A stretch of DNA of 64,000 nucleotides from Lingula anatina. Taxonomy: Eukaryota; Animalia; Brachiopoda. The notes beneath the pieces are model-generated. The model saw only the letters and a list, made by a program, of their open reading frames with translations. It was not told the origin of the DNA and did not search any database. The stretch spans positions 57,576,788 to 57,640,787 of the forward strand of contig CM120640.1 of the NCBI GenBank assembly GCA_051362555.1, in the 5' to 3' direction. The first letter of the stretch is position 1, and each line of letters starts with the position of its first letter. Shown one piece after another: positions 39,751 to 52,480 of this stretch. Both the position numbers and the translations under genes were made by a program.

Positions 39751-40891
39751 TCAATATATATATATATATTTTTTTTTTCTTTTTTTCTGCACCTCCACAA
39801 TACTGGGTAACAACATTGGGACATGGGCATCAAAATTTCAACTGAATATATATATATAATATTCTATAACTTATAAACCCACCAGCTGCTTGTGGTACAC
39901 AATGTTTTTGCTGCCATTTTGAAATATGTTAAAGATGAAATCATATGATATCAATTTCATGATGTGTTGTTACCTGCTTACATTTTCTGTCTTTCTGTGA
40001 CAATAATGGGTACTATGTGTAAGATGATATAGCAATTTAGCAAAAAAAAAGAATAAACCATATATATATAGAGAGAGAGTGAAATGTTGTGTTGTTCAGA
40101 CAGCTGTGATACAGTTGTATATTAAAACACTTTTTTCGTACCCACTGTCTACACTTTCCTGTCACTTAAATCGTCAGTCTACAGATATCTGCACTTGATA
40201 GAAATAAAGATGATCATTGTATTTTTAATTGGTTTGAACTTTTGGTATGCTATTATCTCAATACTTTCTTGTCTAAATGTAAAGCTGCATGCACATTATT
40301 TGAACAAGTGACACAAAATAATATATTAGCATATTTTCACCTGCAGAAAAAAAAATTTGTACCAGACACAGGTTTGCAGTTCAGCTGCTTGTGTTAACCA
40401 GCATGTCAGAATCAAATATTGATGGTCCACTTTGCTATTTATATACAAACTTTGCATGTTGAATGTGTTTCCTGTACTTTTGGCCTGGAATAATCAGTCT
40501 GTTTAAATATTTTGTGGAGTTTTGAATACTATAAAAAGTAAACATTATTTAATATGTGGTGCTTAGAGATCATGTTATCAATTGTGAACAGATTGTGTTT
40601 TTATTAGTTCATTCTTATTTACTAAAGATGTGTTTAGTCTACAATGTATGTAAAAAGTAGCTTCACTAGATTGAGGTATTAATAAGTTTCTGTATCACTG
40701 AAACTGTTGTTCTCTCTGTAAAGGCATCTTTTTTGTAGTTCTTTTGTTTTTGATTTAAATATTTTTGACCAGCATTTTAAGCAGGACCTAACCTTGTGAA
40801 GTTTACCAATGTAAACTTTTGTCTTTGTTATATTCAGACACATTTTGATATTTGTGCATGGTATCTGTATTTGAGGTTTATTACTGTTTTC

Positions 40892-43157
40892 TTTTTTTAT
40901 GTACAGACACAGATGTGTCTGTACATATTGCCATCACCTGCGTCTGTCGTCGCCGATGCCGATGCCGATGCCGTCGCCGATGCCGTGCACTTTCCTTGTA
41001 AACACGATAAGTGGAGGACAGTTTTACTTTTTGGCTTTATATTTACAGAGCTGATGAATATTCATAAAACGCAGGTCAAGTTCGAAAATCAGCATGATCA
41101 GGCCATTATTGTAGAAGTTATGCTGTTTTTTCTTTTTTCAGCATATATGCAACCCTGTAAACACATTTTAAGGAAAACCGTTAGGCCTGTTGTCATGAAA
41201 CTCACAGGAGTAATCAATCTTACTAAAACGCAGGTCAAGTTCATAAATCAGCATGATCGGGCCATTATTTTAGTAGTTATGCTGTTTTTTCATTTTTCAG
41301 CATATATGCAACACTGTAAACACAATATAAGAAAAACAGATAGGCCAATTGTCATTAAACTTACAGGAGTGGTCAATCTTACTAAAACACAGGATGAGTT
41401 CAAAAATCAGCATAATTGGGGCATTATTTTAGAAGTTATGCTGTTTTTTCACATTTACTCAGATTCAATTCTTAGGCATGTTAATAGCCTTATTATTTAA
41501 GTAATAAGATACGTAAAAGTGTTTGTTTGACATTTCCTGCATCTTTACAACATTGTTAGTTGATTATGTAAAAATGATGGTAAACTTGTTATCGTGTATT
41601 GTGTAATAAAGTGTCAAAAATGGAAATAAACTCATATCATTGCAGTTTGTCAGATTCAATCATCCACTATGTTCAGAATCTCAGAATGGAGGAAATTGGA
41701 CAGTTAACACTGTTCTATTGATATTTTTCCCATCTCATCAGTTTTCTTAGTTGATCATATAAAAATTGCAGTAAACTGTTTATTTTGTTTTATGTTAAAA
41801 AAGTGTTAAAAATGGAAATAAACCCATGTCAGAACAGTGCTGTCTTGTTTACATTTTGGCATTTTCAAGGTGTGACTTTGAAGTTCCATTGGCCTGAAGA
41901 CCTTTGCTGGTCACGTTTTCTGAATGTCCATTCTACTAATATTTTATTATTAAAGATTGATGGTCATTATGCTGTTAAACATTATGTAATGTTGCATCAA
42001 AATTTGAAGAAACCCCTATTTTGGGCACTGCTCCCAAGATGACCATTTAAGAAAAACCATGTCACTTATTGTTTTCAAACTAACAGGAAAGAAACATGGG
42101 ACTAAAATACAGCTTCAGTAGGCAATGCAGTCTGTTTGGTAATTCTTTCTTCCAGTTAAACAGTTTTTTTTTTTTTTTTTTTTTTGTGTGAAATTTAATT
42201 TTTCACATATTTTTCAGCTTATATGCAACACTGATAACACAATATAAGAAAAACAGATAGGCCATTTGTCATTTTACACACAGGAGTGGTCAATCTTACT
42301 AAAACGCAGATTGAATTCGAAAATCAGCATAATCGGGCCATTATTTTAGAAATTAAGCTGTTTTTTCACATTTCCTCAGATTCAGTTCTTAGGCATGTTA
42401 ACAGTCTCATTATTGAACTAATAAGATACGTAAAAGTGTTTGTTTGACATTTCCTGCATCTTTACAATATTTTTAGTTGATTGTGTAAAAATGATGGTAA
42501 ACTTGTTATTGTGTTTTGTGTAATAAAGTGTCAAAAATGGAAATAAACTCATATCATTGCAGTTTGTCAGATTCAATCATCCACTATGTTCAGAATCTCA
42601 GAATGGAGGAAATTGGACATTTAACACTGTTCTATTGATATTTTTCCCATCTCATCAATTTTCTTAGTTGATCATATAAAAATTGCAGTTAACTGTTTAT
42701 TTTGTTTTATGTTAAAAAAGTGTTAAAAATGGAAATAAACCCATGTCAGAACAGTGCTGTCTTGTTCTTATATTGGGACTTTCATCATGTGAATTTTAAC
42801 TCTCATGGTCATGAAACTATAATCTTATTGAAGGGGTGGATTGAGACCATCTTCTGGGTCTCCTGGAAGACAGTTAGATTTTAAAGTTTATATTGATGGG
42901 TATCTATTTTTTTCTTTTGGAAGACCATCAAAATGGAAGATGGATCAATAAAGATACTTTAGAATACTGTCAAAAATATTTCTGGATCTGCTTCTGTTAT
43001 TGACCATGTTACCTGTTGTGCATAATGAAAAATCAGTGTTGACTGACTGCTATTATAAGCATTATTTATTGTTGCATCAAAATTGACAAAATGACCTCTT
43101 TTGCATCTTTTTTTTCTGTTTTTTTGTCTGTACATTTGACAGCTTTGCTGCCTTGTT
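40892..43157 (+). mobile_element. Non-autonomous Helentron-associated (HINE/DINE-like) element with internal tandem repeats
   Basis: T-run, 5' hairpin ATGTACAGACAC-AGAT-GTGTCTGTACAT, (GCCGAT)n, ~158-bp repeats, 3' GTCTGTACAT plus a CAGC-TTT-GCTG hairpin, ending TTGTT. Homologous to 56239-59322. Confidence 0.75.
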
Positions 43158-44552
43158 TAAGTATTTAATAAACTTGGAATGTTCAAGAATGTCATTTTAT
43201 TGGTTTTATTAAAATAATATGTGAAATGCATCTAGGGAAACTTTTTAAATTGTCAAATACATTAAAAAAAACTGAAATGAACTCAAAAACTAAAATTGAT
43301 TGTGAAAAACCCAATTAAAATGCATTTAATATTAAAATGGCAAGTTCTCATGACAAGTAGTGGCAAGTTCAAGTGTGCTGAAATTGGCTCATGATGTATT
43401 TGAATTTTACCCGTGTGCGGCCTTATAACCTACATTAGTAACCAACAATGAAAAACCTATTGCTGAAATAAATTTTCATGTGACCTGTTTGTAAACTCTC
43501 AGCCCCCGTTGTATTAAATTGACATCTCTTCATTTTCATGGTATCATTTAGGTATATTTACATATAATAGGTCAAGGATATGTATCTAAGGCAAAATTCC
43601 AATAATGTTCAATCTGGGATCTTCATCCTTTACTGATTAATTTCTTTGATCTGTTTATGGACAGATGCTATGTGATGTCACCTGCAGTTGTTTTGTAAAG
43701 TTTTCATTTTAAACCATTTAGCATTTTCAGGATGTGACTCTGAACTCTTAAGGGTCTGAAGCCCTGTGTTAGTTGTTTTCTGAATGTTCACAGAAACACT
43801 AGAACATAATTATAAAGCAGAGGCTATAAGGCTGTTAACCTTCTTGTAATATTGCATCAAAATTGACAAAAATATTTGTGAAATTTTGTTGTACTGCTTT
43901 AATCATTTTTGTCATGTTGAGTGTTTGTTTGGAATGCGCTGTCTTGTTTTGAAATAGTAAGGAACTTTTCTGATTTATTAAATGCCTTCTGCCCTATTGA
44001 TATATTGCAGTCGAAATAAGGGAGCGACCTCCCAACATCCGAACCTAGTCCATGGTGTATTGTCTACTTCACATTCACTTTATAATAACTATTTAACTAA
44101 CTATTACTATTTAACTAAATGCAAATCATGTGTATCAATGCTTGTTAACTTGGATGTGAGCCAGCACAATGTTACTTCCTTTGGGTTAGAAAAATCCAAT
44201 TATGTGTCTCTGTTATATTATGTTATGTTAAGATGTTGGCAAGTTCCAGGTAGTTGAATCGAATTACCTCGGGGATACTCCCTAAATTGCATTCAGTTTA
44301 AGCAGCTTAAATGTCTGGCATGCCCCCTTGTAATTTAAAGAACTTGATTCGCCAGCAGCTGCAAATTCCACCAATTGAACTTTAACTTTCACTGATAATG
44401 TGTGGAACATTTTTTAGTCATTAAGTGGGAGAAGGTGTGAACTAATGCTCATTGAGAGTGTCGATCAAGGAAATGTCAAATACTTGATGGACAACGTGAA
44501 AAACGGGGATCACGGGAAAGATGCTGGAAAGAAAGTAAGTGATCAGTACATG

Positions 44553-44723
44553 CAGGCCCGTAGCCAGCAATTTCAAAAGGGGGGTTCTTTTTCTGAAAAA
44601 GTGGACCTTTTTCCATAAAAACTCCATGTACCTAGATCATATATTTATTTTACCCAGAGTGGACCTTTTCCTAGCAAAAAGGGTGTTTCTTTCGAACCCC
44701 CCCCCCCCCTTGCTATGGGCCTG
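44553..44723. mobile_element. MITE with CAGGCCC...GGGCCTG termini
   Basis: TIRs CAGGCCCGTAGC / GCTATGGGCCTG, with ACATG on both flanks. Confidence 0.65.
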
Positions 44724-46001
44724 ACATGTAAATAGAAAAACCAGCTTAAACATCCCTTTATTTTTAAAAGAAAAAGAAATCGTTGATAAACAACCAAGTG
44801 TGTATAATAATAATCCTATTTTTCAATAAAAAGGCGTATTTAGGAGAAGCAAAGGTCTTTTTAAGTTTAAGCCTACATTACATTTGCCACGGACGCCATA
44901 CGATGAAGCAGTACGATTTTCCGTGCGATTTTTACGTCGTACATGTATTATATGTAGCTACGGCAAGTATGGTAGCATTATGTGCGGGTGCTACCGTCTA
45001 CAGAGCAACAGATTGATTTTTCACAAGATATTCACAGATATGCCATTAATTAGATAAACAGTCATTTTGTTCTCTGGATTTTTCAAGATTTCACTATAAT
45101 ATCTGTAGAGGGTATGCGGGTGCCGTCATTTCGCCGACATGACCTCGAGGTCACGAAGGAAAAAATCGGTTTGTCTGTTGAAAAGTGATCGTACAGAACC
45201 CTTTCAGTCTCGGTACAGTTGCAGTGCGCTTTTGTTGCGGCTTCGTATGCTACGTGTCTGTTTTCAAATTGTGTCAACGATTAATATAAACCTTAGGCTA
45301 AACAAAATGTATATTTTGGTTAACGCGCGGCAACTCTATACACTGTTAAACAGAATCGGTAGACAAATTTTCTTTTATTTTTATTATTATTATTTTCAAA
45401 TGTGTTAAATGGACAAGTCAACTTAATTTTATGGTCAGTCCGGTAAAGGGTTGTGTCAAATCCCAAGTGTAGTTGATTGCAACGCATAACCATCGGTCAA
45501 TCGTATTTTTTCCACATACCAATAAACAAATTAAGTTTCCCCAAATTTAGGTACGTAAGCCAACTTATACATTTTCCTAAAGAATTTCTTAAATGCAATC
45601 GATGAGGGGGGGGGGGGGGGGGGGTAATGATGTAGGGAAGTAACAATGTTGGGGAGTGACGAAGCGTGGAAGCAACGATGCGGGGGTGTATCGGTGTGGG
45701 TTCGTATCGATGCGAGTTAGGCAAAAATTAACTAGGGAGGGGGTACGGGAGTTTTGGGGTACGGGAGTTTTGGTGCGGAGGCATGTTCACATGACCTCAG
45801 TCAAAGTGAATGGCCGTAACAGATTTCAAAAGTTATCATCATAAGGTAAATAGATAAGACAAGCACTAACAGGCAGAAGAGGGTACGTAAACATCGAATC
45901 TAATCACTGTCACTGGTTATTTGGTTATTTCCCAGCGAGGTATTTCAGACACACACTTGTAAATAATGCAATAGTTAAATACCTAAAAATACATCTAACA
46001 G

Positions 46002-46046
<45 letters not shown>

Positions 46047-46803
46047 TCACTTCAAAAGGGCTCTGAAGATGTAGTGTCTGGTTTTCAGGTTCGTTTTTCT
46101 CGAGAAGCTAGTGTCGTTTTTCAAAAACGAACCTGGCAACCAATAAATAGTACGGTGCTGTATTTTTTTTTTTTTTCAAAACAAATTAGTGGCGTTTTTC
46201 AGAAACGATTCCGACGCTCGGAACGGGAGTGAACGGAGTGAGAGACGACCGGCGATAAGAGCCAACCGCGACCACATCCAACTTACTCCTCACAAGTCAC
46301 ATCGTGAATTCGTTACAGGTCACGTGAAGGTGATATGTGGGTTCGATCAGACTTTATTTCTGACATATGTAAAAACACTTATTTCACATTCTTGTTTTCG
46401 TTATGACTTGAGGCATCGATAACCACTGCGTGTGCGTGTGAACGTCACCTGCCTCCCGCCGCCCCCCCCCCCCCCCCATACACACACACACACACACACA
46501 CACACGTGTACTCGCTGGACATGACCAATTTATTTAAAGTGAGCTTTGGTGTGACGGTAATGAACTGGCCCTCTCTAACTTGCCTTGCATATGTAAAAAC
46601 ACCTGTGGCGTTATTCCATGTTAGGACACACCACAGTGGACCGTCCACCTAACTATTAGGCCTACCGTTTGATGTGAATAAGGCCTTGCCTGATCTGATA
46701 AGCTTCAACGCGTGGATTGGTTAAATAAAAGCATATGCCAAAACACTAGGCTACCAGTAAACAACCTTATTAGTTTACAAGTAAGACCAGACAAGGAATC
46801 ACC

Positions 46804-48059
46804 ATGTTCAGTATTCCTGGACTAATACGCAAGAAGAGAGACCGCAAGACTTTTTCTAGGGAAGAAATTGAGTTCTTCATCCAAGAACTTGTCAAGGAAA
46901 AAGGTGGAGCAGTACAAGATTGTCAGCTTGGTAAGTGGTATTACTCCACAGCATAGTAGGGGTATCTTGTGAAGAATGACGACTCTTCATTGTTACTCTC
47001 TCTCTCTCTGTCTCTCTCTGTCTCTGTCTCTCTGATACGGACGTTGGCGCTCATTGTGTCCCACATTTCTGTATCTGTAACATCTCACTCATCATCTGTC
47101 AGCAACTCGATCTCACTATATATATATATCCTACAAAGGTCCATCAAATTTCAAGAAATGTTTTTGGTTTTTGGTTGCACTGATTGGCCTCTGTGGCATT
47201 GGAGGTACACTTACATAAATTCCTCTAGGGATTTTCCTATTTTGCTGTGATTGCTAATTCAGTTCATTAATCATTTGATGGCTGTACTGGTACTTATTTT
47301 TCTTAAGATAAGTGAAGGTTGCACTTTGCAGCCTGTTATCAAACAGTAGCGAATTCTAAGAACACTGAATAATAAGATAGAGGTGTGGCTATATGTGACA
47401 CAATTCAATCAGGATACATGTACAAAATAAGTTAGATAAGACAAGTTCAGTACCTTGTACTGAATGGCATTCACCAAGTAATTCCTTAAAAAGATGCATC
47501 TCAGATATTTGAGTCTGTGTATGTTCTGAGGGCTTATCGCCTGGTAAATCCTTGGTAAGCTTCTTTATTACTTAAAATAAATTTAATCACATGAACAGGG
47601 TGCTCCCCCCCCCTCCCCCCCCCCAAAAAAAAAAAAAATCTGGGGGTTCAAGTCCTGTGAATGGATTGCCCACATTCACTGCTGATCAGTCTCTCCTGAT
47701 GTCACTGTGGCAGTGCTGAGGAAATTTCGGACATCACAGGGGAGCAGAGTGATAGATTGAGATGGACAGTGTGGGATTTAAAGAAAAATTTACATATATA
47801 TATTAAAAATCAAAACTTTTTTCCTGTACGAGTAATATTATATATAATAAAAAGAAAAAAATAACAGCAACTTTTTTGCCCCGACCGGTTTCTTTCTTTC
47901 TTCAGGGGGTTTTGTTTATTTGTTACCAGGTGATGTCATAAAGGCTACAGATGTCACATTTTAGCCTTTAAGACATCACCTAGTAACAAATAAACAAAAA
48001 CCCCTGAAGAAAGAAAGAAACCGGTCGGGGCAAAAAAGTTGCTGTTATTTTTTTCTTTT

Positions 48060-48120
<61 letters not shown>

Positions 48121-51100
48121 AAATTTTCATTAAATCCCACAGTCCTCTCTCAGCCAGGTAACAGTGTCATTTGATGTGTGGGGGGTGGCCCTGTCTTGCT
48201 GGAAACACTGTCCATCTCAATCTAAGACTCTGCTCCCCAGTGACTGCCAAACTTCCTCAGCACTGCCACAGTGACATCAGAAGAGACTGATCAGCAGTGA
48301 ATGTGGGCAATCCATTCACAGGACTTGAACTCCCAGATTTTTTTTTTTTTTTTTTTTTTTTGGGGGGGGGGGAGCACCCTGTTCATGTGATTAAATTTTT
48401 TATAAAGTAATAAAGAAGCTTACCAAGGATTTACTGGGCGATAAGCCCACAGAACAAACACAGACTCAAATATCTGAGATGCATCTTTTTAGGGAATTAC
48501 TTGGTGAATGCCGTTCAGTACATGGTACTGAACTTGTCTTATCTAACTTATTTTGTACATGTATCCTGATTGAATTGTGTCACATATAGCCACACCTCTA
48601 TCTTATTATTCAGTGTTCTTAGAATTCGCTACTGTTTGATAACAGGCTGCAACGTGCAACCTTTTCTGCCCTTTAAAAAAGCCATAGTTTAATTTAAAAA
48701 AATAGATGGTAGAATAACAATGTAGCGTTATTATTATTCACAAAATAGTTGGTGATACCACTTCATGCATTAGCAATATTTTGATTTATTTAAGTGATCT
48801 ATCTCATGATGCATTTATGAGAAGTTGGAGAGTAAGAGTACAGGTGCACTGGTATCTTATCTACTTTGTCAGTTTATATAATAAGTTGAATTGAAGGGTG
48901 GATTATCAGCTAACTGACAAACAGAAATAACGCAAGCCTGCGTAATACTATGGAGGTAATAATACCACTGTCAAGGGGGAATTTATTTTCAGAGCTATTG
49001 TTATTTGACACAACTGAATGGATATATCAATTAAGCTTTAAAAAATCTATTTAATTTTTTTTTTATTTTCACAATATAGAAAAATAGTAACAATGTATAA
49101 TAACTTTGTGAATTAAAAATGAAAATTCTCAGACACAAGCCTAAATTTTTCCGTACCGTTAGCTTACGGCCATCTGGTCGAAGGCCTTCATCAGGCTGAC
49201 GTGAGTAGTTGTTCACACTCACTGACCGCTAGGTGGTATAGCGGCCAGGACCCTCTTATAAATGTCAGGTAGATCAACCCCCCCCCCCCCCCCGTCCCTA
49301 TTCATGGGTGGCTGGTATCGGCTGATGTTGATAGCCTATCGTATTTTTCGCGGGATGTCGGATGATTCAGATTCAAGAATCTTAGTTGAATTCCAATCGA
49401 TACTGTGGCCGGTGTCATTTCCATAGATTTTTAGATCGATCTATCCCTGTGGGGAGTCTCACTAGATTACTGTCAGCTTGGCCGGCTTAAGCGTCTGTCC
49501 CGCCTACTAAAACCTGTAAGGGGGTAATTAACTATGGTGCCCGCTCGGCTGACTGCAATTTAGCGTGAACCCCCAGGGAGTTAGGTCGATCTAAAACTTA
49601 ATCCTTAGATCGATCTAAAGCTCTGGGAAAGCACCCTATATAGGTGTACATGTTCAGAAATGGCAGAGCTGGTATTGCCTACAATCACTGATTTCCTGTG
49701 TTCACTCACCCTGATCTTCAACTGTCTACCTGTCTCACCAATGTAAAAGGAATTACAGTCATGGCAATTGATCCTGTATATTGTCCCACAACGGTGATCT
49801 TGGGGGGTTTTGTCCTTTGGTGCCACTAGGTGTTGTTTCAATGTGCACTGAGGTCTAAAAGCTGTATTTTTTTTAAAGCAGATATCATACCACCAAGTGT
49901 AACAAAATCAGTAATATTTCCAAATTTTTGTGTAATTTGATTAAAGTTAAGATATTCTCCATTTTTGTCAATCAAATCATTTATATAATTGATGCCTGAT
50001 TCCTGCCAAATTTTATTCGTCATAGTTCTTTTATTTATCAAGATTCTATCATTTAACCTTATGCATTCCTTCAAAAATTAATCTCTGGTACAGACACTTT
50101 TATGATCTAGCAGATTTTATCAGGGATCAATAACATCTTTCCAAAATGAGTTTCTTAAATTACATCTTATAGATATCAGTTTTCCCTGACCAATTTCGGC
50201 CCATTGTAAATTTGGTATTCATTGAGTCTAAAAAGGATGTCTTCCATTTTGAATCTTTTTTAAAATATACATCTTCTTAGCCAGGTTAGGTTTAGTGCAT
50301 AAATGTGATACTTAATGTCAGTACTCTGTCTTAATTCCTCCATTTCTATAATTTGAATAATCTTTTCCCTTTTAACTTCATCAATTTTACCATTCCATAA
50401 TCTAAAACATAGTTCTTTAATAAAATCTGTGTTCGGGTTAGGAAGTGAAGTAAAAAGATGAGTAAGGTAATTAATATCAAAGGTTTTAGAACTACATTCC
50501 TACCTAATACTGTCAGGGGTCTCACCTCTTTACTTCTTTGAATTTATCTTTATAATTCTTTTCTATCATTTCCTGTAAGTTGATTGAAAACTCAACTCCT
50601 AAAATGTCCAAAGTCTTTGAATTCCAATCTAATTTAAAATCTTTACAAAGAACGGTGTTAGAATTTTTCATATTTCCTATCCAAATCATTTTTGTTTTTT
50701 GTGAATTTACAGTTAAACCAGACATGCTAGCGAAGTTTTTTAGAGTTTGGAGCACACAGCATGTAAAATTTTCAGTTCCATCTAAAAATATTGTCATATC
50801 ATCAGCATACTGAGATATTAAAAAATTTTTATTATGCATTTTAATGCCATTTATATGGTCATTATTTCTTAACATACTAAAAAGAATTTCAGCACATAAT
50901 ATGAATAGGTATGGTGAGAGGGGATCACCTTGGCGACAGCCTTGATATACTTTTAAGAGGGAAGAAGAATGTCCATTCACTAATATACATGACTGTGAAT
51001 CTTTCAAAAATATTTTTACCTATTTAATCATTGATTTTCCAAAACCAAAAAAAGTCAAGTGTCTTTAAGATAAAGTCCCATTCCAAAGAGTCAAATGCTT

Positions 51101-52448
51101 TCAAGAAATTTTTTTGCATTACAAGTCCTGTTTTTTGGAAAGACTCACAGTGTTCTTTAATGTTGTAAACAACCGTTGTATTTTCCCCTATAAATCTTTC
51201 TGACATAAAGCCATTCTGGCCTTTGTTGATCAGTGTGTAGAACTTTTTAATTCTATTTGCAATCGACCCGGATGCCAATTTATAGACTATATTCATAAGG
51301 GAGATTAACCTTAAATTTTGTAAAAAAATCTTTTGGCTTTCCTTATTTGGGGATCAGGGTTATTACTCCTTGAGCGAGTGAAATGGACAATTCATTGGTT
51401 TTGTATGCTTCGTTTGTGGAATGGAGAATAAAGGAATGTATATCTATCCAAAAAAGCTTTAAACATTCCACTGTGAAGCCGTCCATGCTCAGGCTTTTAT
51501 CATTTTTCATATTTTTTTAATGTCTGAAGTAATTCATCATCTGTGATTTTCCCTTCAAGCATGTTGGCTGTAGTAGTATTCATCTAAAGCATTTCGTAGG
51601 ACCTTAACAACTCTTTCAGATTAACATCTTCTGTCCCCTTTTTTGTAAAAAGATTTTCATAGAATTTTTTTTTGTTTTGTTTCTTGCATAATATCATTCT
51701 GATTTGTGGCCAAGTCACCATTATCTTTGTGTATTTTATTTATAGTTTTGTTAACGAAATTTCTATTTTCCATTCAATTTTACCAAAAAATATTTAGTTG
51801 CTTTTTTCCCCCTCTTCAATCCATCTAATTTTTGACCTTATTATTATACCCTGTATCTTTTTTTTCTTATTTGTTTTAAATCATCATTTAATGTTCTTAT
51901 TTTTTGTATCAGTTCTTGCCTAGTTACATCACGCAAATTTTCTAGTATGTTTTGCAAATTACCTATTTGATCTTAATAGGAAAAAAAAATCTATTTAATT
52001 TATTTGACTGACAATTTAGTCTACCTGATAACGCCGATAAGTTCCTCATGTAGACATCAGCTAATCTACTGATAATACAGATGGAGCTACGTTGTCAACT
52101 AGACTAAATTGTACATAACAGTTTTTTTTTTTTTTTTTTGAGCCTTGAACCTTCAGACTATTGAACTTTCAGACTATTGCTACGGCCCCAGCAAGTGTAC
52201 ACAAGTATATAGGTCTTGTCTGGGACTTAATGTCATAAAATGTATTTCTTTAAAATGAAACCAAATTGATAAGATTTGAACTACTCAACAAATATACACA
52301 GATTACTCATGCAGCCCCGAGGTGACACTTGAAATTATACAACATTTCTTCAGTTTATGATTCCTCGGAGCTGCAGGTTATTCAGTTGCATACTTGTCAA
52401 CATTGAAAATTGTCAGATAAGATTTCCTATTCCACCCTATATCTCCTA

Positions 52449-52480
<32 letters not shown>

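Noticed and set aside
40796-41500. 234-aa ORF
   Set aside because: It is a read-through of the HINE microsatellite and tandem monomers, not a gene.
46330-46352. GGTTCGATC resembling a tRNA T-loop
   Set aside because: No cloverleaf or A-box around it.
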